Source: a virus
Taxonomy: Duplodnaviria > Caudoviricetes
Reading direction: 5' to 3' (one strand)
Length of the DNA: 64,000 nt
IMG/VR virus record: IMGVR_UViG_3300011832_000001
Coordinates: 59,867-123,866 of that record
Below are positions 10,320 to 21,573 of the stretch, piece after piece. The first letter of the stretch is position 1, and each line of letters starts with the position of its first letter. The notes under the pieces are model-generated. The model saw nothing but the letters and a program-made list of their open reading frames with translations. It had not been told where the DNA came from and ran no database searches. The translations under genes were made by a program, and so were the position numbers.

Positions 10320-10943
10320 TTATTCAGTTAAATCTAGACCTGTAATTTTTTCAAGAACATTAACTTTTCTTAAATCGATAGATTCATTATTTTTGATTTT
10401 CTTAGAAACATGACTAACCAAAAGCTTCTTAGAACTCTTAGATAATTTATCAAAAGTCTTTTCAATTCTTTCAGGAGATAAATCTAGATATGCATCTAAC
10501 TCTTCTTCATCTTGGAATACATTTGTATAATCCAATTTAAAGTGGTCTGCGATTTCCTCATCCAAAAGAATGATAAAAGGATATTTTAAATATCTTGGAT
10601 GACGGTTGTTCATTTGAACTAACTCACCAAAAGGAATTTCATCATAATCTCCCATGTGTTGCAAGTCAAAACTGTATCCTGATTTCAATGAACTGTAAAA
10701 CACATTGCTGTTTGTTGCTGAAATAATAGGAACTAATCTGTCATTGTCAAATTGTGTTCTACTCTTACGAGTATTTGCAGAACGTGTAGGAATAACTGAT
10801 TCCTCTTCTTCTTCATCTTTAACTTCTTCTTCATCTAGCTCTTTGGCCATAGCTTTTAATTTTGCATGATGCAAATCTTCAATGTCCTCAAGTTTATATT
10901 TTCCTGAGTCAACTAATTTTTTAATGTCGTCCTTTTTAGCCAT
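10320..10943 (-). CDS. Conserved head-region protein
   Basis: Strong RBS; position downstream of capsid gene. Confidence 0.5.
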   Translation of the reverse strand: MAKKDDIKKLVDSGKYKLEDIEDLHHAKLKAMAKELDEEEVKDEEEEESVIPTRSANTRKSRTQFDNDRLVPIISATNSNVFYSSLKSGYSFDLQHMGDYDEIPFGELVQMNNRHPRYLKYPFIILLDEEIADHFKLDYTNVFQDEEELDAYLDLSPERIEKTFDKLSKSSKKLLVSHVSKKIKNNESIDLRKVNVLEKITGLDLTE

Positions 10944-10981
10944 AAAATAGCTCTCCCTTCAAATCTTAATAAAAAACAATG

Positions 10982-11362
10982 TTACGCATCATAAGATACG
11001 ATTAAAAACCATACGTTGTGATATTCTCCACAAATCTCTGCATAATCAGAAGCTTTGCTCAACCACTTTTGTTTTCCATCTTTATAAAAATAAATATGTG
11101 ATGTTTTACCTCCACCTGATAAACCGACTGTTACACCGATTCTAGCAAGTGACTCATCAACATCTGTAGAAACACTTACAACAGGATTTGATGCTTCTCT
11201 GCGAATAACCAAAGTTCCTCTTGTATTATCTACATAAATTTCTTCAATACCAACAGCAACGTGACTTGAATTCTCATGAAGGTATACACCATCAGGAGCT
11301 AATCTAATTACGCATCCATTGATTTGAACTTTATCTTTTGCTTGTTCCCAAGTTTTACCCAT
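10982..11362 (-). CDS. Hypothetical beta-rich protein (possible virion decoration)
   Basis: AGGAG RBS; sits after the capsid terminator. Confidence 0.45.
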   Translation of the reverse strand: MGKTWEQAKDKVQINGCVIRLAPDGVYLHENSSHVAVGIEEIYVDNTRGTLVIRREASNPVVSVSTDVDESLARIGVTVGLSGGGKTSHIYFYKDGKQKWLSKASDYAEICGEYHNVWFLIVSYDA

Positions 11363-11425
11363 TATAAAACTCCTTTATAAATATACAAAAAAATAAGAGA
11401 GGAATTACCCTCTCTTATAGTTTTC

Positions 11426-12403
11426 TTACGCTAATTCGTAGACTCCCCAAACACCATTGTGAAGAATTGCGATTCCATCTTCGAATTCAACTAGGAAGTC
11501 GATAGATTGGTCTCCTTCAATGTTGTTTGCTTCATGAACAACGATTGTTCCTTTGTCAATCATTTTAACGAATCTTTCTTGACCACGAGGGATAACAAGT
11601 AAGAAGTCGTTAGAGATTGCGAACTCATCAGTTCCCGGAACTACAGTCTGAGGAATTTCACGAAGTTCCATTCCTGCAACCATACCGAAGTATCCGTTAC
11701 GAACATACTCATCTTTCATTTGGTCTGAAACCAATGTAGGAGTGATTTTGCTAAGAGCCATCTTAGTACCCATGACCATAACGCCATCGACACCTGCTTT
11801 AGCAGAAACAAGAGTTCCTAATTCAATAAGTTTAACTTCATCGAAAGCACCTGCTTTTTTGTACTCAGCAGTTACATCATCGAATGACTTAACGATTGCA
11901 TCGTAGATACGAACTTTCTTGTCAGCCATGATTGAATCGTAAAGACGTTGTACCATAGATGCCCAATTGATACGACCTGTCAAGAAGTGGATAAGCTCAG
12001 TGTAGATTTTAACCCCACGAGTATGAGTATCAACAGTAAGTTGACCTTTATCCAATTTTTGTCTACGAAGGTCAGAATTACCATCGGCAATTCTTGCTAC
12101 CTTGAATAGTTCACGGTCTTCAATGTGGAAAAGTTGTTGGTCTCCAAGAGCCAAGTTGCGTGATTCAACGAATCCGTCAAACTGAGTTGTGATTCCGTCT
12201 CCTACAACTACCTCAAGCACTTCTTCAATGATTTCGAAGATAGCCACTTTATTTCTACGATAAGTCTTGTAGTTAAAGTTTTCTCCAATTCCTAATTGTT
12301 CAAACAATTCTGCTCTCATAATTTCATCAGCAGATTTTTCTAATTTACTTTCGTCTAGAGTTTTATTATAAGCATCTAGACCAAATTTTACTAAATGGTT
12401 CAT
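11426..12403 (-). CDS. Major capsid protein
   Basis: 325 aa after protease and decoration genes; YRRNKVAIFEIIEE...FVESRNLALGDQ motif; high-expression codon usage; followed by terminator. Confidence 0.88.
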   Translation of the reverse strand: MNHLVKFGLDAYNKTLDESKLEKSADEIMRAELFEQLGIGENFNYKTYRRNKVAIFEIIEEVLEVVVGDGITTQFDGFVESRNLALGDQQLFHIEDRELFKVARIADGNSDLRRQKLDKGQLTVDTHTRGVKIYTELIHFLTGRINWASMVQRLYDSIMADKKVRIYDAIVKSFDDVTAEYKKAGAFDEVKLIELGTLVSAKAGVDGVMVMGTKMALSKITPTLVSDQMKDEYVRNGYFGMVAGMELREIPQTVVPGTDEFAISNDFLLVIPRGQERFVKMIDKGTIVVHEANNIEGDQSIDFLVEFEDGIAILHNGVWGVYELA

Positions 12404-12433
12404 TTATTTATTTTCTCCTTTCCTACCTAAAAA

Positions 12434-12928
12434 TTAAGCTTCTTTAACAGTTACCACGATTGCATCTTTGCGTGTACCATCAGCCATCAAGAATTTTTCA
12501 ATTTCGATGATTTCAAGAACGATTACGCCATCAACAGCAGGAGCATCGGCAACAGCCAATTGAGCTGAACCTGCTTGTGGAACTAGAAACTTACCAACGG
12601 CAGGAGCAACTGTAGTTTCGACTAACTCTTTAGCTAATGTGAAAATATCACCTTTAACTAAGTGATGAGCACGTCCTGCACGTCCTGCTTTCAATACGAA
12701 GTTATCTTCGTGGTCTTTACCTTCGTACACACGCTCAACAGTAGTGTGTAGTAAGAAACGGTCAGAAGTCAAGATATCTGCATCAGCTTTAACTGCGTAG
12801 ATTTCACGTTCTCCTTCTGCCAAACCGTCAAGAACAACAATGTTCCCAACTTTTTTATCAACAGCGAATACTACTGATTCGATGTGACCATGCTTTGTTG
12901 CATTCATTTTATCTAAACGTAAAAGCAT
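12434..12928 (-). CDS. Capsid decoration/minor head protein
   Basis: Between protease and capsid genes; GNIVVLDGL.EGEREIY...GDIFT motif. Confidence 0.65.
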   Translation of the reverse strand: MLLRLDKMNATKHGHIESVVFAVDKKVGNIVVLDGLAEGEREIYAVKADADILTSDRFLLHTTVERVYEGKDHEDNFVLKAGRAGRAHHLVKGDIFTLAKELVETTVAPAVGKFLVPQAGSAQLAVADAPAVDGVIVLEIIEIEKFLMADGTRKDAIVVTVKEA

Positions 12929-14322
12929 TATTTATTTCCTCCCTCAGATTTACTATACTTATTCATAATTTCATTATCAGTCTTAGATTGCTTGTTGTGT
13001 TTGTTGATGATATGTGCGAACCCTTTTTTCCCCTCAGGTTTGCTATCTTGATTAGACTTGACGTATGAGCGACCAATACGAACAAGCAACTCTTTTTCAA
13101 CTTTTTCAACAGCATCTTCAACAGAAGAATCGCTAGTGAAGTCAACATCAGCAGAAAATTCTTCTACCATATTACTAGCGTCCTCATCTTTAATACCCAA
13201 AACGGCAGAATATTCCAAAATTTTGTCAAAAATCTTTTTCTCACCTTGTTCTTTCTTAACTGCTTCAAATTGTTCTTTGAATTCAGAATATTCAGAAACA
13301 GTATTTTGAGCTTCCTCAAGTTCTGCTTTAACATCTGCATGAGCTGTTGTTAATTCGGTGAAGTCGTTTCTAATTGATTCCAATTCATCTTTAACTTCAA
13401 CTAATTGATTTTTAACATTTTCATATTCAGCTAAATCAGCATTAGCTGTCTCCAACTTGCTAAGAGTCTCATTATAAAGAGCTTCATAATCAACAGGGTC
13501 ATTATCCGTAACTTTAATTTCCTCAAGTTCTAATTCAGATACAAGAGCATCTAAGTCGTAATCCTCTGCAACTTCTTCTCCTACTTTTTCAGTAAGCATT
13601 TCAACAGTAAGCGATTCCAAATTATATTTTTCAGAATACTTCTCTTTTAGCATAGCTAATAGTTGTTCTACATTCATTTTATTATCTTCCTTTCTTGCAT
13701 ATTTCTCATATATGCTAATCATTTCATTGAATTCTTTTTCTTGCGACTCTAATTCAAAAATCTTGGCATGAGAACCTTCAAATGCAGGTTCTACACCCAA
13801 TAAACACAACGCATGGAATGTGAAGTCTGTAATTTCAAAGAAACCATCTTCACGTTCATAACCATCATTTACAAAAATCTCCATTGATTGACCAACGGGA
13901 GATTCATTTAAAACATTAAGCTCAGAATATCTTTCATTCCAAAGAACAACAGGAGACACAACTAAATAGTCACGAGTCTTACCTGACGGCTCTTGAATTT
14001 CACGCCACTCTAATTTCGCATCATGAGGAACGAACCCATATGCTTTTGTAGTATCGATATACTCAATACCATCATCTGTGATTCTTGTTTCTCCACCATG
14101 ACCCTTAAATGATTTATTTTCTTTATCAAATTCACCAATGACAGGGATATTGTGAATAGATGACAAAGCTTTCTCAATTGCACTCATTTGCATTGATGTA
14201 TAATTTCTATTATCACCTGCATACATAATTGCAATTTCTGCTTCCATAAATCTATGAGTACCTCTTGTAACTTGACTATAATTCAAAACTTTGGTATCAT
14301 AAGAGAATAGTTTATTTTTCAT
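12928..14322 (-). CDS. Prohead protease fused to coiled-coil scaffold
   Basis: GDNRN...GHGG...GQSMEI...FHALCLLG.EPAFEGS protease motifs, then acidic coiled coil. Confidence 0.85.
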   Translation of the reverse strand: MKNKLFSYDTKVLNYSQVTRGTHRFMEAEIAIMYAGDNRNYTSMQMSAIEKALSSIHNIPVIGEFDKENKSFKGHGGETRITDDGIEYIDTTKAYGFVPHDAKLEWREIQEPSGKTRDYLVVSPVVLWNERYSELNVLNESPVGQSMEIFVNDGYEREDGFFEITDFTFHALCLLGVEPAFEGSHAKIFELESQEKEFNEMISIYEKYARKEDNKMNVEQLLAMLKEKYSEKYNLESLTVEMLTEKVGEEVAEDYDLDALVSELELEEIKVTDNDPVDYEALYNETLSKLETANADLAEYENVKNQLVEVKDELESIRNDFTELTTAHADVKAELEEAQNTVSEYSEFKEQFEAVKKEQGEKKIFDKILEYSAVLGIKDEDASNMVEEFSADVDFTSDSSVEDAVEKVEKELLVRIGRSYVKSNQDSKPEGKKGFAHIINKHNKQSKTDNEIMNKYSKSEGGNK

Positions 14323-14336
14323 TTTATCACCTTCCT

Positions 14337-15779
14337 TTACTCAGTATTTCCTTGTGCTCTATCAGCACCCTCTGTCGTTTCACCTGATTTATCTTCGGGT
14401 CTTCCTTGACCTTCTGCACCAACGTGAGATGACATAAGTGGAATCATATTTTCATGCAGTTTCAAAGTATTATTTTCAAAGTTCATCATATCAATAGCTT
14501 CTCTAGGGTTGTATCCTAGTGCTGATGCCAATTCTAATTTGACAGGCAATCCAAATTGAGCTGTTTTTAAAAGCAACTCAATGTACTCATCTCTATTATA
14601 ATAGGTAACATCTAGAATTTTAAATCTGACTTTGCTTTTCTTTCCTGCCATGTCTTTGATTCGGATATTCACCCAACGTTCCAATTGTCTTAGAATTGCA
14701 AAGACCATTGTCTCGTCTACTTTTAGAGAATACTTAATACCAACGTTGTTGTTAGCTTTACCGAATAGAACTTCTGATACACCATTTGAATTCCAAAAGT
14801 TCGCTTCTGCATTAGCCACATTATCTGTTTCTGAATTTTGATTCTGTCTAACAGTAATATCTTCAACTTCCATCGGTGTTGTCACTAATTGAATTTCCTC
14901 AGGAAGAGAATCAGCAAACATTTCATGGAATGCTGTAGCGGTATCTGCTTCAATAGCAAAGTTATCTGCTCTATTAGAATTTTTATCATTATGCAAAGGA
15001 ATCTTCTGAACCAAAATCTTATAAGTGTTTAGTTTATCACGAACTTTTCTTAACTTCTTATATTTCTCAAGTTCTAAGATTGCTCTGAAAGAACCTGCCA
15101 TTGGAGGAACTGTAACCTCTGAATCTTCATCTGCTTTAATTGCGATTGAGTCTTTATAAGGAACGATTACATATGGCTCATTATTTTGTCTAGCATTGAC
15201 AATAGCTATTCTAAGCTCCGATGAATACATTGATATATCTTCTAATTCAAAGAAGTGAGTAGAGACACCAATTGTAAATATTCCATCAACAACGCCATAT
15301 AGGATAACATCTTTCGCATCAACCTTATGAAAATGAATCGATTCTTTATTTTCAATTATGAGACCATAATATGCACCCTCTTTGAAAACAGATTTCATAA
15401 TCTTAACAAACTCATGTTTGATATTAATTCTTTCCAAATCCGAAATTACTGCTCGATAGGTTTTTAGGTCAGTGTCATCAGATGGTACTGCTAACCAATC
15501 TAAAGTGGAAGCTTCTGCAAAGTAATTAACCATACGTCTATATTGAGATGATTTAATATATAGAGCTTTCGAGACTTCTCTCAAATAAGAATCATTTACA
15601 ACAGAACTATCTAATTCAGCATCTAATTTCTCTTCTGATAATATATTGATAGTAGCGCTTCTCCAACCTAATGAAGATAGCCTATTTCTTCTTCTAGTGA
15701 TATTAACAGTTGTCAATTTTGCGAACTCTTCTCTCATGAGTTTTTTCTCTTGCTCACTTTTCTCAACTTTCTTATCCAT
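14337..15779 (-). CDS. Portal protein
   Basis: 480 aa between terminase and protease; SPbeta-like C-terminus PLMSSH...GRP; start at MDKKVE (GGAGG RBS). Confidence 0.85.
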   Translation of the reverse strand: MDKKVEKSEQEKKLMREEFAKLTTVNITRRRNRLSSLGWRSATINILSEEKLDAELDSSVVNDSYLREVSKALYIKSSQYRRMVNYFAEASTLDWLAVPSDDTDLKTYRAVISDLERINIKHEFVKIMKSVFKEGAYYGLIIENKESIHFHKVDAKDVILYGVVDGIFTIGVSTHFFELEDISMYSSELRIAIVNARQNNEPYVIVPYKDSIAIKADEDSEVTVPPMAGSFRAILELEKYKKLRKVRDKLNTYKILVQKIPLHNDKNSNRADNFAIEADTATAFHEMFADSLPEEIQLVTTPMEVEDITVRQNQNSETDNVANAEANFWNSNGVSEVLFGKANNNVGIKYSLKVDETMVFAILRQLERWVNIRIKDMAGKKSKVRFKILDVTYYNRDEYIELLLKTAQFGLPVKLELASALGYNPREAIDMMNFENNTLKLHENMIPLMSSHVGAEGQGRPEDKSGETTEGADRAQGNTE

Positions 15780-15923
15780 ATAAAAACCTCCTTTCATTTT
15801 GTAATTCTTCTCTAAATGCTATAAATTCAACTTGTAAAAAATTAATAGTAGAGATTGCTCTCTACTATTAATAACTAAACTCGCTAAAAATTCCAATTTT
15901 TTTACAAAAAACGTAATTTTTCA

Positions 15924-17714
15924 TCAAAAACCTTTAGCTTTTCTGATTTTCATCATCATTTTTGCATTTGCGTTACTTCTGCCTTTATTTACTAAGTTAT
16001 CAGATTCCTTTTGTTTTATATACCACATGCCGTATGAAACGGCTGAATATTTATCTTTGTTGATTCTATTTGAGATTTGTTTTACTGTCATGTTCATACT
16101 TCCTGTATAATGATACTTCAAGTTCATAACCTCATCTACAAAAAGGTCTGTAGCAATATGTGATGTGAAGTTATAATTCTCAACAGCTTTTTCTTTCTTG
16201 CTTTGTAAGAGAATCATTTTCTTATCTTGTTCACCAATCAGGAATTCTACATCTCTGTTCTTAACTGAAATCATAAAGTGATTATGAATATCAGAAGCTT
16301 TGTTGTCTTTTGTTGTTGATTTTAAGACATATAATATCTCTGCTGAATCGGCTTTTCTATATTTATCATAATCACTGTTATTCATAACTGAGTAAGAAGG
16401 GTATTCATCAATTTCATCTAAGAGATAATCAATGATACCTGCTCCTAAACCGTTAGCATCGACAACTAGAGCTGATGCCTTATACATTTCTACATACATC
16501 TTCAATTCTCTAGCTTGAAGTTTGAAATGCATACTTCCATCCATACCAATGAGTTTTACGACTTTTCTTTTATAAGTTCCATCTCCTCTATCTATAGCTT
16601 TAATTACAGCCATAGCGGAATCGGCAGTTTCTTTACCTTCGCTTCGAGCAACGTCATATGCAATAGTATAGAAGAAGTCAACGCCTTTTTTCTCTTCTGT
16701 ATAGCTGTCCTCAAAGTCCAATAGTTTTCTACAAGCGAAAATATCCTCAGATGATACCAAAGCATCTTGAGATGTTCCTGTCCAAACAGATTCATACTCA
16801 CGTTGGAAACCACCAACAGTAAGTTTTGCTCTTTTATCTAGAATGTCTTCTAAATCTAGCTGAGTATCATACATAGTACCTAGTTGATAACCTGCTCCGA
16901 AGTAGAATGATTTCTTACCTGACAACATTTCATCAATCGTAGTTTGAGCTAGAGCAAAGGCATACGATTGTTTTCGACCTGCTGTTGTAATAAATATTTT
17001 TTGTTTATGAATTTCGTTCTCTCTATCAATCTTACCTGTTACAGTCTGTCTATTTAAAGCCATCATAGGAAGTACAGACTCATTAAGAATATCAGGGTCA
17101 ATTGACTCATCTGCAATTTCCTCTACAAGACCTGCCGTTCGTCTACCTCCCCTTGCAGAGTTTGCAATAGGAACGATGTCTAAGTAACTATTATTTTTAA
17201 ATTCAAGTCTAAAGTAATCTTTGTTGTCAATTGGTCTTCTTGCCAACTCACCTTTTAGAGCAGGATACCATGTCATGATTTCTCCGATTTTCTCTTTGGC
17301 AATAGTTGCACCCTGAGCTTTACCCGGAGCTGAGATGAATATCTTGCTATTTGGATACATGATACATTTCAAGAACATCGCTAAGATAGCAATATAAGAT
17401 TTAGCTGTACCACGAGTAGCTACGAAGTATACTTCTTTATTTCTAAAAATCAATCTAAGGAACATTCTCTGATAGGCATAAAGCTTGACAGGCGTTCTCT
17501 CATCTGATATAAAGTCAATAAATAGGTCAGGCTTACTTCTCCAAAGAGATAGATATTTTCTCCAATGAACTTTGGATTTCTCTAAAGCATTGAGAGTATC
17601 ATCTATTTGAGCACTTTTCCCTAAGTTATTTTCATATCTTCCATTTTCAGGAGCAGAAGAATATTGACCACTCAATACTCTTTCTCTTTCCTGCTTCTTA
17701 CTATAATTACTCAT
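15924..17714 (-). CDS. terL: Terminase large subunit
   Basis: ATRGTAKS Walker A, ARGGRR...VEE Walker B, ITTAG, nuclease YDVAR...VDANGLG...KDKYSA. Confidence 0.93.
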   Translation of the reverse strand: MSNYSKKQERERVLSGQYSSAPENGRYENNLGKSAQIDDTLNALEKSKVHWRKYLSLWRSKPDLFIDFISDERTPVKLYAYQRMFLRLIFRNKEVYFVATRGTAKSYIAILAMFLKCIMYPNSKIFISAPGKAQGATIAKEKIGEIMTWYPALKGELARRPIDNKDYFRLEFKNNSYLDIVPIANSARGGRRTAGLVEEIADESIDPDILNESVLPMMALNRQTVTGKIDRENEIHKQKIFITTAGRKQSYAFALAQTTIDEMLSGKKSFYFGAGYQLGTMYDTQLDLEDILDKRAKLTVGGFQREYESVWTGTSQDALVSSEDIFACRKLLDFEDSYTEEKKGVDFFYTIAYDVARSEGKETADSAMAVIKAIDRGDGTYKRKVVKLIGMDGSMHFKLQARELKMYVEMYKASALVVDANGLGAGIIDYLLDEIDEYPSYSVMNNSDYDKYRKADSAEILYVLKSTTKDNKASDIHNHFMISVKNRDVEFLIGEQDKKMILLQSKKEKAVENYNFTSHIATDLFVDEVMNLKYHYTGSMNMTVKQISNRINKDKYSAVSYGMWYIKQKESDNLVNKGRSNANAKMMMKIRKAKGF

Positions 17715-18669
17715 CGTTATCATCCCACTCATCAGGCATATCTTCCGATGAATCATAGCTCTTCAACTCTGTAAAGTCATTTAGTTTTCTATAATGATTT
17801 AGAATAGTCTCAATTGTTTTGTCGATGATGTCTTTATTTTCTTCAAGCGGATATGGCTCTACGAAACCATCTCTTTCAACCTCAGCGAAAATCTCACTAA
17901 ATGAACGAATACCTGCCTGTTCAGAAATTGAAATTTTATCAATAGGTCTGAATCCACCATCCGCATTCAACTTATTAAAAGTATCCTGTAAATGTTTTAC
18001 AGCCTGTGTGTCTCCATCTTGCATAGCTCTATCAATCATGATGTCTAATTTCGCTAATTTTTCTAACATCTTGAAGTGAGTCGGTGTTTCAATAACAAAG
18101 CTCGTACACATGTTATCATAGAACTCATTCATTTTATCCATTTCTTCTATAGAGAATCCTGTACCCCATCTTTGATATTTCTTTCTTTCGTCTTGGTCTA
18201 TCTTCGCAATAGCCTTATCATTAAACGTGTCTGTTCCGATTCTATAGTAGTAACTATGGTCATTATCTGATATGTCAATATCTCCACCATTATAAGCTTC
18301 CTTTATAGCATCTAGGGCTTGCATATCTCTTAGTGCAAATTCACGTCCTGACGTTCCCTGACGTGCCGTAGCCTTCTTGTTAACTGCTTTCATATACATA
18401 CCTAGTACGGGAGATTTGCGACCCACATTTGAGTCAACTAGAGCTTTGATAAAGTTTTCAGGGAAGAACGGAAGTTCCATCTGATTGACAATATTTTTAA
18501 AAGTCTCATGGTCAAAAGGGTCTGACGTTTTCTCATGTAAGCATTTCTTACAAATAGGATAACGACCATCTTTCGCAATAGAGCATTTAGATGTATAATA
18601 GCTAGATGGTGAATATGGCTTAGAGCAATTCAAACATAGAATCTTATCATCTTTTTGTACTTTTCTCAT
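17707..18669 (-). CDS. Terminase small subunit-like protein with N-terminal zinc finger
   Basis: CLNC...PICKKC; WGTGFS.EE motif; overlaps terL start. Confidence 0.6.
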   Translation of the reverse strand: MRKVQKDDKILCLNCSKPYSPSSYYTSKCSIAKDGRYPICKKCLHEKTSDPFDHETFKNIVNQMELPFFPENFIKALVDSNVGRKSPVLGMYMKAVNKKATARQGTSGREFALRDMQALDAIKEAYNGGDIDISDNDHSYYYRIGTDTFNDKAIAKIDQDERKKYQRWGTGFSIEEMDKMNEFYDNMCTSFVIETPTHFKMLEKLAKLDIMIDRAMQDGDTQAVKHLQDTFNKLNADGGFRPIDKISISEQAGIRSFSEIFAEVERDGFVEPYPLEENKDIIDKTIETILNHYRKLNDFTELKSYDSSEDMPDEWDDNDE

Positions 18670-18716
18670 ATTTTACTTCTCCTTTCATAACGCAAAAAAG
18701 AGCCTAGAAAACAGGC

Positions 18717-19868
18717 TCAAAAAACAATGTTGTGAGTAGAATATCTACCTTTTTTATCAAACACTAATAATTTCTGTCCTGCTTTCCCGACCTTACCGAT
18801 TGAGATAGCATATTCATCTACGCCTTTCATTGACGCATTTTGAATTACTTCTATTCCACTGTCTTCTCTTTCTGATAAGTGGTGTCTATGACCCATCAAA
18901 ATATAGTCAGGATTGTAACCTAACATAGTAGCCATAACTTTATCTACAGTTTGAGGATTATGTTTATGACCATGAACACCTACAATCTTATGACCCAAAA
19001 CATCCATAAGGATAATTTCATCATGAATTGTATTATCATGATAGAAGACATTAGCCATTCCTTTAATATTTGTTTCTGCGAACCAAGCAATGATGTCCTC
19101 AAATGACTCTTTATCAACACTATCTTTTTTATTAGGTGAGACTCGTGAGTGATTACCTCTAGTCATGTGAACATGAACCTCTTCAAAATGTTCAGATAGA
19201 ATTTCAATTGCCTTAGTAAATGCTTCCGCATAAATCTTCGTTTGAGTTACGACATCGACTACATTATCAATTCGAGTAGTCACATGAATAAGACCCTCAA
19301 TAGCATCTCCCAAATCAACAACGTGAAGCTTTTTGACACCATATAATTTTGCTCTTTCAATTGTTTCAGAAATCAAAGTATTCAATCTCATATGGAAAGT
19401 TGCAAGGTCATAATGATTCCAAGTATTATCACATTGTGCTCCAACATGGGCATCAGAAATCATAAGTAAAGCTTCTTTATCATATTCTTTAACGGCTACT
19501 TTTTCAACCGTATGGATATTCGTTGCTTCCATCAAAGCTTCTTTGAATTTTTCCTCATAAACCTCTGCTCTAGATAGCTCACGAATTAATAAATTTAAAC
19601 CTCGTCTCTCATCTGAAATCTTAACTCTTTCCTTTTTCAATTCTAGAGTCTGTTTCTTGATTGCTTCTGCTTCATCTGATGAAAGTGAATTCTTAAATTC
19701 TTCACGAGCAATTTCATAACCCTTCATCATCTCTGTGAATTTCTTACGATAGGTATCAGGTGATAAATTTAAATCTAGAGTCTTATTTAACTCTTCTGAA
19801 ATTTCATCCCAAGATAATCCCATAGAACGAAGTCTCTTAGATTCGTTAAAAATAGAACTCTCAATCAT
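18717..19868 (-). CDS. Calcineurin-like metallophosphoesterase with N-terminal HTH/coiled coil
   Basis: SDAHVG, LGDAIEG, GNHSR, VHGH, MGHRHH. Confidence 0.85.
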   Translation of the reverse strand: MIESSIFNESKRLRSMGLSWDEISEELNKTLDLNLSPDTYRKKFTEMMKGYEIAREEFKNSLSSDEAEAIKKQTLELKKERVKISDERRGLNLLIRELSRAEVYEEKFKEALMEATNIHTVEKVAVKEYDKEALLMISDAHVGAQCDNTWNHYDLATFHMRLNTLISETIERAKLYGVKKLHVVDLGDAIEGLIHVTTRIDNVVDVVTQTKIYAEAFTKAIEILSEHFEEVHVHMTRGNHSRVSPNKKDSVDKESFEDIIAWFAETNIKGMANVFYHDNTIHDEIILMDVLGHKIVGVHGHKHNPQTVDKVMATMLGYNPDYILMGHRHHLSEREDSGIEVIQNASMKGVDEYAISIGKVGKAGQKLLVFDKKGRYSTHNIVF

Positions 19869-20263
19869 TCATTATCTTCCTTTTCTTTTTTCTTAGCTTC
19901 CATTGCTTCTTTTCTCTTTTGTTTATCACGCTCAATAGCTTCTTTAGTTGCCTTTTCAGCTTGCTCACGTTCTTCTTTTTTCTTCTCACGTAAAGACTTG
20001 GCATCATAGCTATCTTGTTTTTTCCATTTCTCATCCATAACAACACGTTCAAGTTCCATATGTTTTTCACTTAATCGTGAGTTCGCATTAGCTCCTAATT
20101 TTTGAGTTAATACAATAGTCTGTGGAACGTCTGCTTCGAATTTATGAGTAAGACCTTCAATTTCTACTTCTGTATCGAAATTATAAACAACTTCAACAGG
20201 CAGTTCAATTTTATCATTTTTCATAATTCGCTTACCTGTTTTAATTTTAACATTAGCTTTCAT
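19865..20263 (-). CDS. Hypothetical protein
   Basis: RBS; coupled to next gene; charged C-terminus. Confidence 0.6.
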   Translation of the reverse strand: MKANVKIKTGKRIMKNDKIELPVEVVYNFDTEVEIEGLTHKFEADVPQTIVLTQKLGANANSRLSEKHMELERVVMDEKWKKQDSYDAKSLREKKKEEREQAEKATKEAIERDKQKRKEAMEAKKKEKEDNE

Positions 20264-20304
20264 AAAAACTTCCTTTCTTAAAATAAGAGGGGATAACCCC
20301 TCTT

Positions 20305-21540
20305 TTAAATCATTGCACCTAGAGTTGAAATCTCTCCACGTTGGTTTCCTTCTAGCATTACATGGGAGAAGAATTCATAACCTTTAAAGACTTCCAAAAC
20401 TCTTGAGATACCATTGTTGTAACCTTTTGCTGACTCCAAATCAATTTGACGAAGGTCATAATCTAGAATCAATTGCGAGTTATCACTGATACGCTCTACG
20501 ATTGTTCTCATAAGGTCACGGTTCAAGTTTTGAGCTTCTGTAAAGAATGCAGTAGCATTTTCAATACTTACTCCACGAATATATTCTACAGGGAGAACTT
20601 CAATTTTATTGCTCTCTAATAGAAGTCGAACCGCAAGCTCTCCACCTAGTTTAGTAGATAGGATTGCACCGATATTTGATTGCAATAGTTTTTCTTTCAA
20701 GTCACCTTTTACAAGACCAAATGTTTGTGAGCCTTTAACAGTTTGGTTATTTACAAAGATATAAACCTTTTTATCATTTTCAATATCTTGCATAATCTTA
20801 GACATTGCCAAGTAAGTTTTACCCGAACCTGCTTTACCACCCATAACAACCAACTTGTCCTCTAAGAGACCATCGATAGCACAAGCTTGACGTAGGTTTA
20901 ATGCTTGTGTTCTACCCATATGACCTGAGTCAATAAGGCGAGTGCACATAATCTCTTTATGCTTAAACCATCCACCTGTATCAGTATATTTGAATGCTCG
21001 TACTTCTTTTCCTTTTACTCGGAAAATCAAGTATTGGTTCATAAGAAGGTCATAAACATTATCATCATCTTCTGTTTTGTTTGTCATCTTAACAAATTCA
21101 TCAATCTGTTCCTGTGTAACATCTACTACTTTAACTCCACAATAATCTGTATTATCAATTGCATTTGCTTCTAGTACATCGATTCCATGAGCACTAGCAA
21201 TATTTTGTAATGAAATATCTTCTGAAATAAGACCCAAGCCATGCTTCAAAGCAAGCTCTACTAGTTTATTATCTGTATAGTCTACTTCATCTACATCTTT
21301 CATAAAGACAAACTCTGTTACAGTGTCATTTAAAAATTGTCCATTTTCTTGAAGCTCATCACGATTCTCTTTAATCCAACGAAGAGCTTCACGAGCCATT
21401 GCCTGAGTTGCAGGACGGTCTGAATTCGACTTATGTTTTTCAAGTTCTCGAAGAACGTAGATTGATAGCACAATCTCATCCTTCTTGATTGCTGATAGGT
21501 TGTGCATTAAAGTTGAAGTATCTACCAAAAACTTAGTCAT
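20305..21540 (-). CDS. phoH: PIN-PhoH family ATPase
   Basis: N-terminal PIN (VDTSTLM...ELEKHK...DNKLV), GKAGSGKT, YIRGVSI...EAQNL. Confidence 0.9.
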   Translation of the reverse strand: MTKFLVDTSTLMHNLSAIKKDEIVLSIYVLRELEKHKSNSDRPATQAMAREALRWIKENRDELQENGQFLNDTVTEFVFMKDVDEVDYTDNKLVELALKHGLGLISEDISLQNIASAHGIDVLEANAIDNTDYCGVKVVDVTQEQIDEFVKMTNKTEDDDNVYDLLMNQYLIFRVKGKEVRAFKYTDTGGWFKHKEIMCTRLIDSGHMGRTQALNLRQACAIDGLLEDKLVVMGGKAGSGKTYLAMSKIMQDIENDKKVYIFVNNQTVKGSQTFGLVKGDLKEKLLQSNIGAILSTKLGGELAVRLLLESNKIEVLPVEYIRGVSIENATAFFTEAQNLNRDLMRTIVERISDNSQLILDYDLRQIDLESAKGYNNGISRVLEVFKGYEFFSHVMLEGNQRGEISTLGAMI

Positions 21541-21573
21541 TAAAAATTTCTCCTTTAGCTATCTCGTAGCTTT

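Noticed and set aside
19861-20070. 69-aa ORF
   Set aside because: Alternative frame inside 19865-20263
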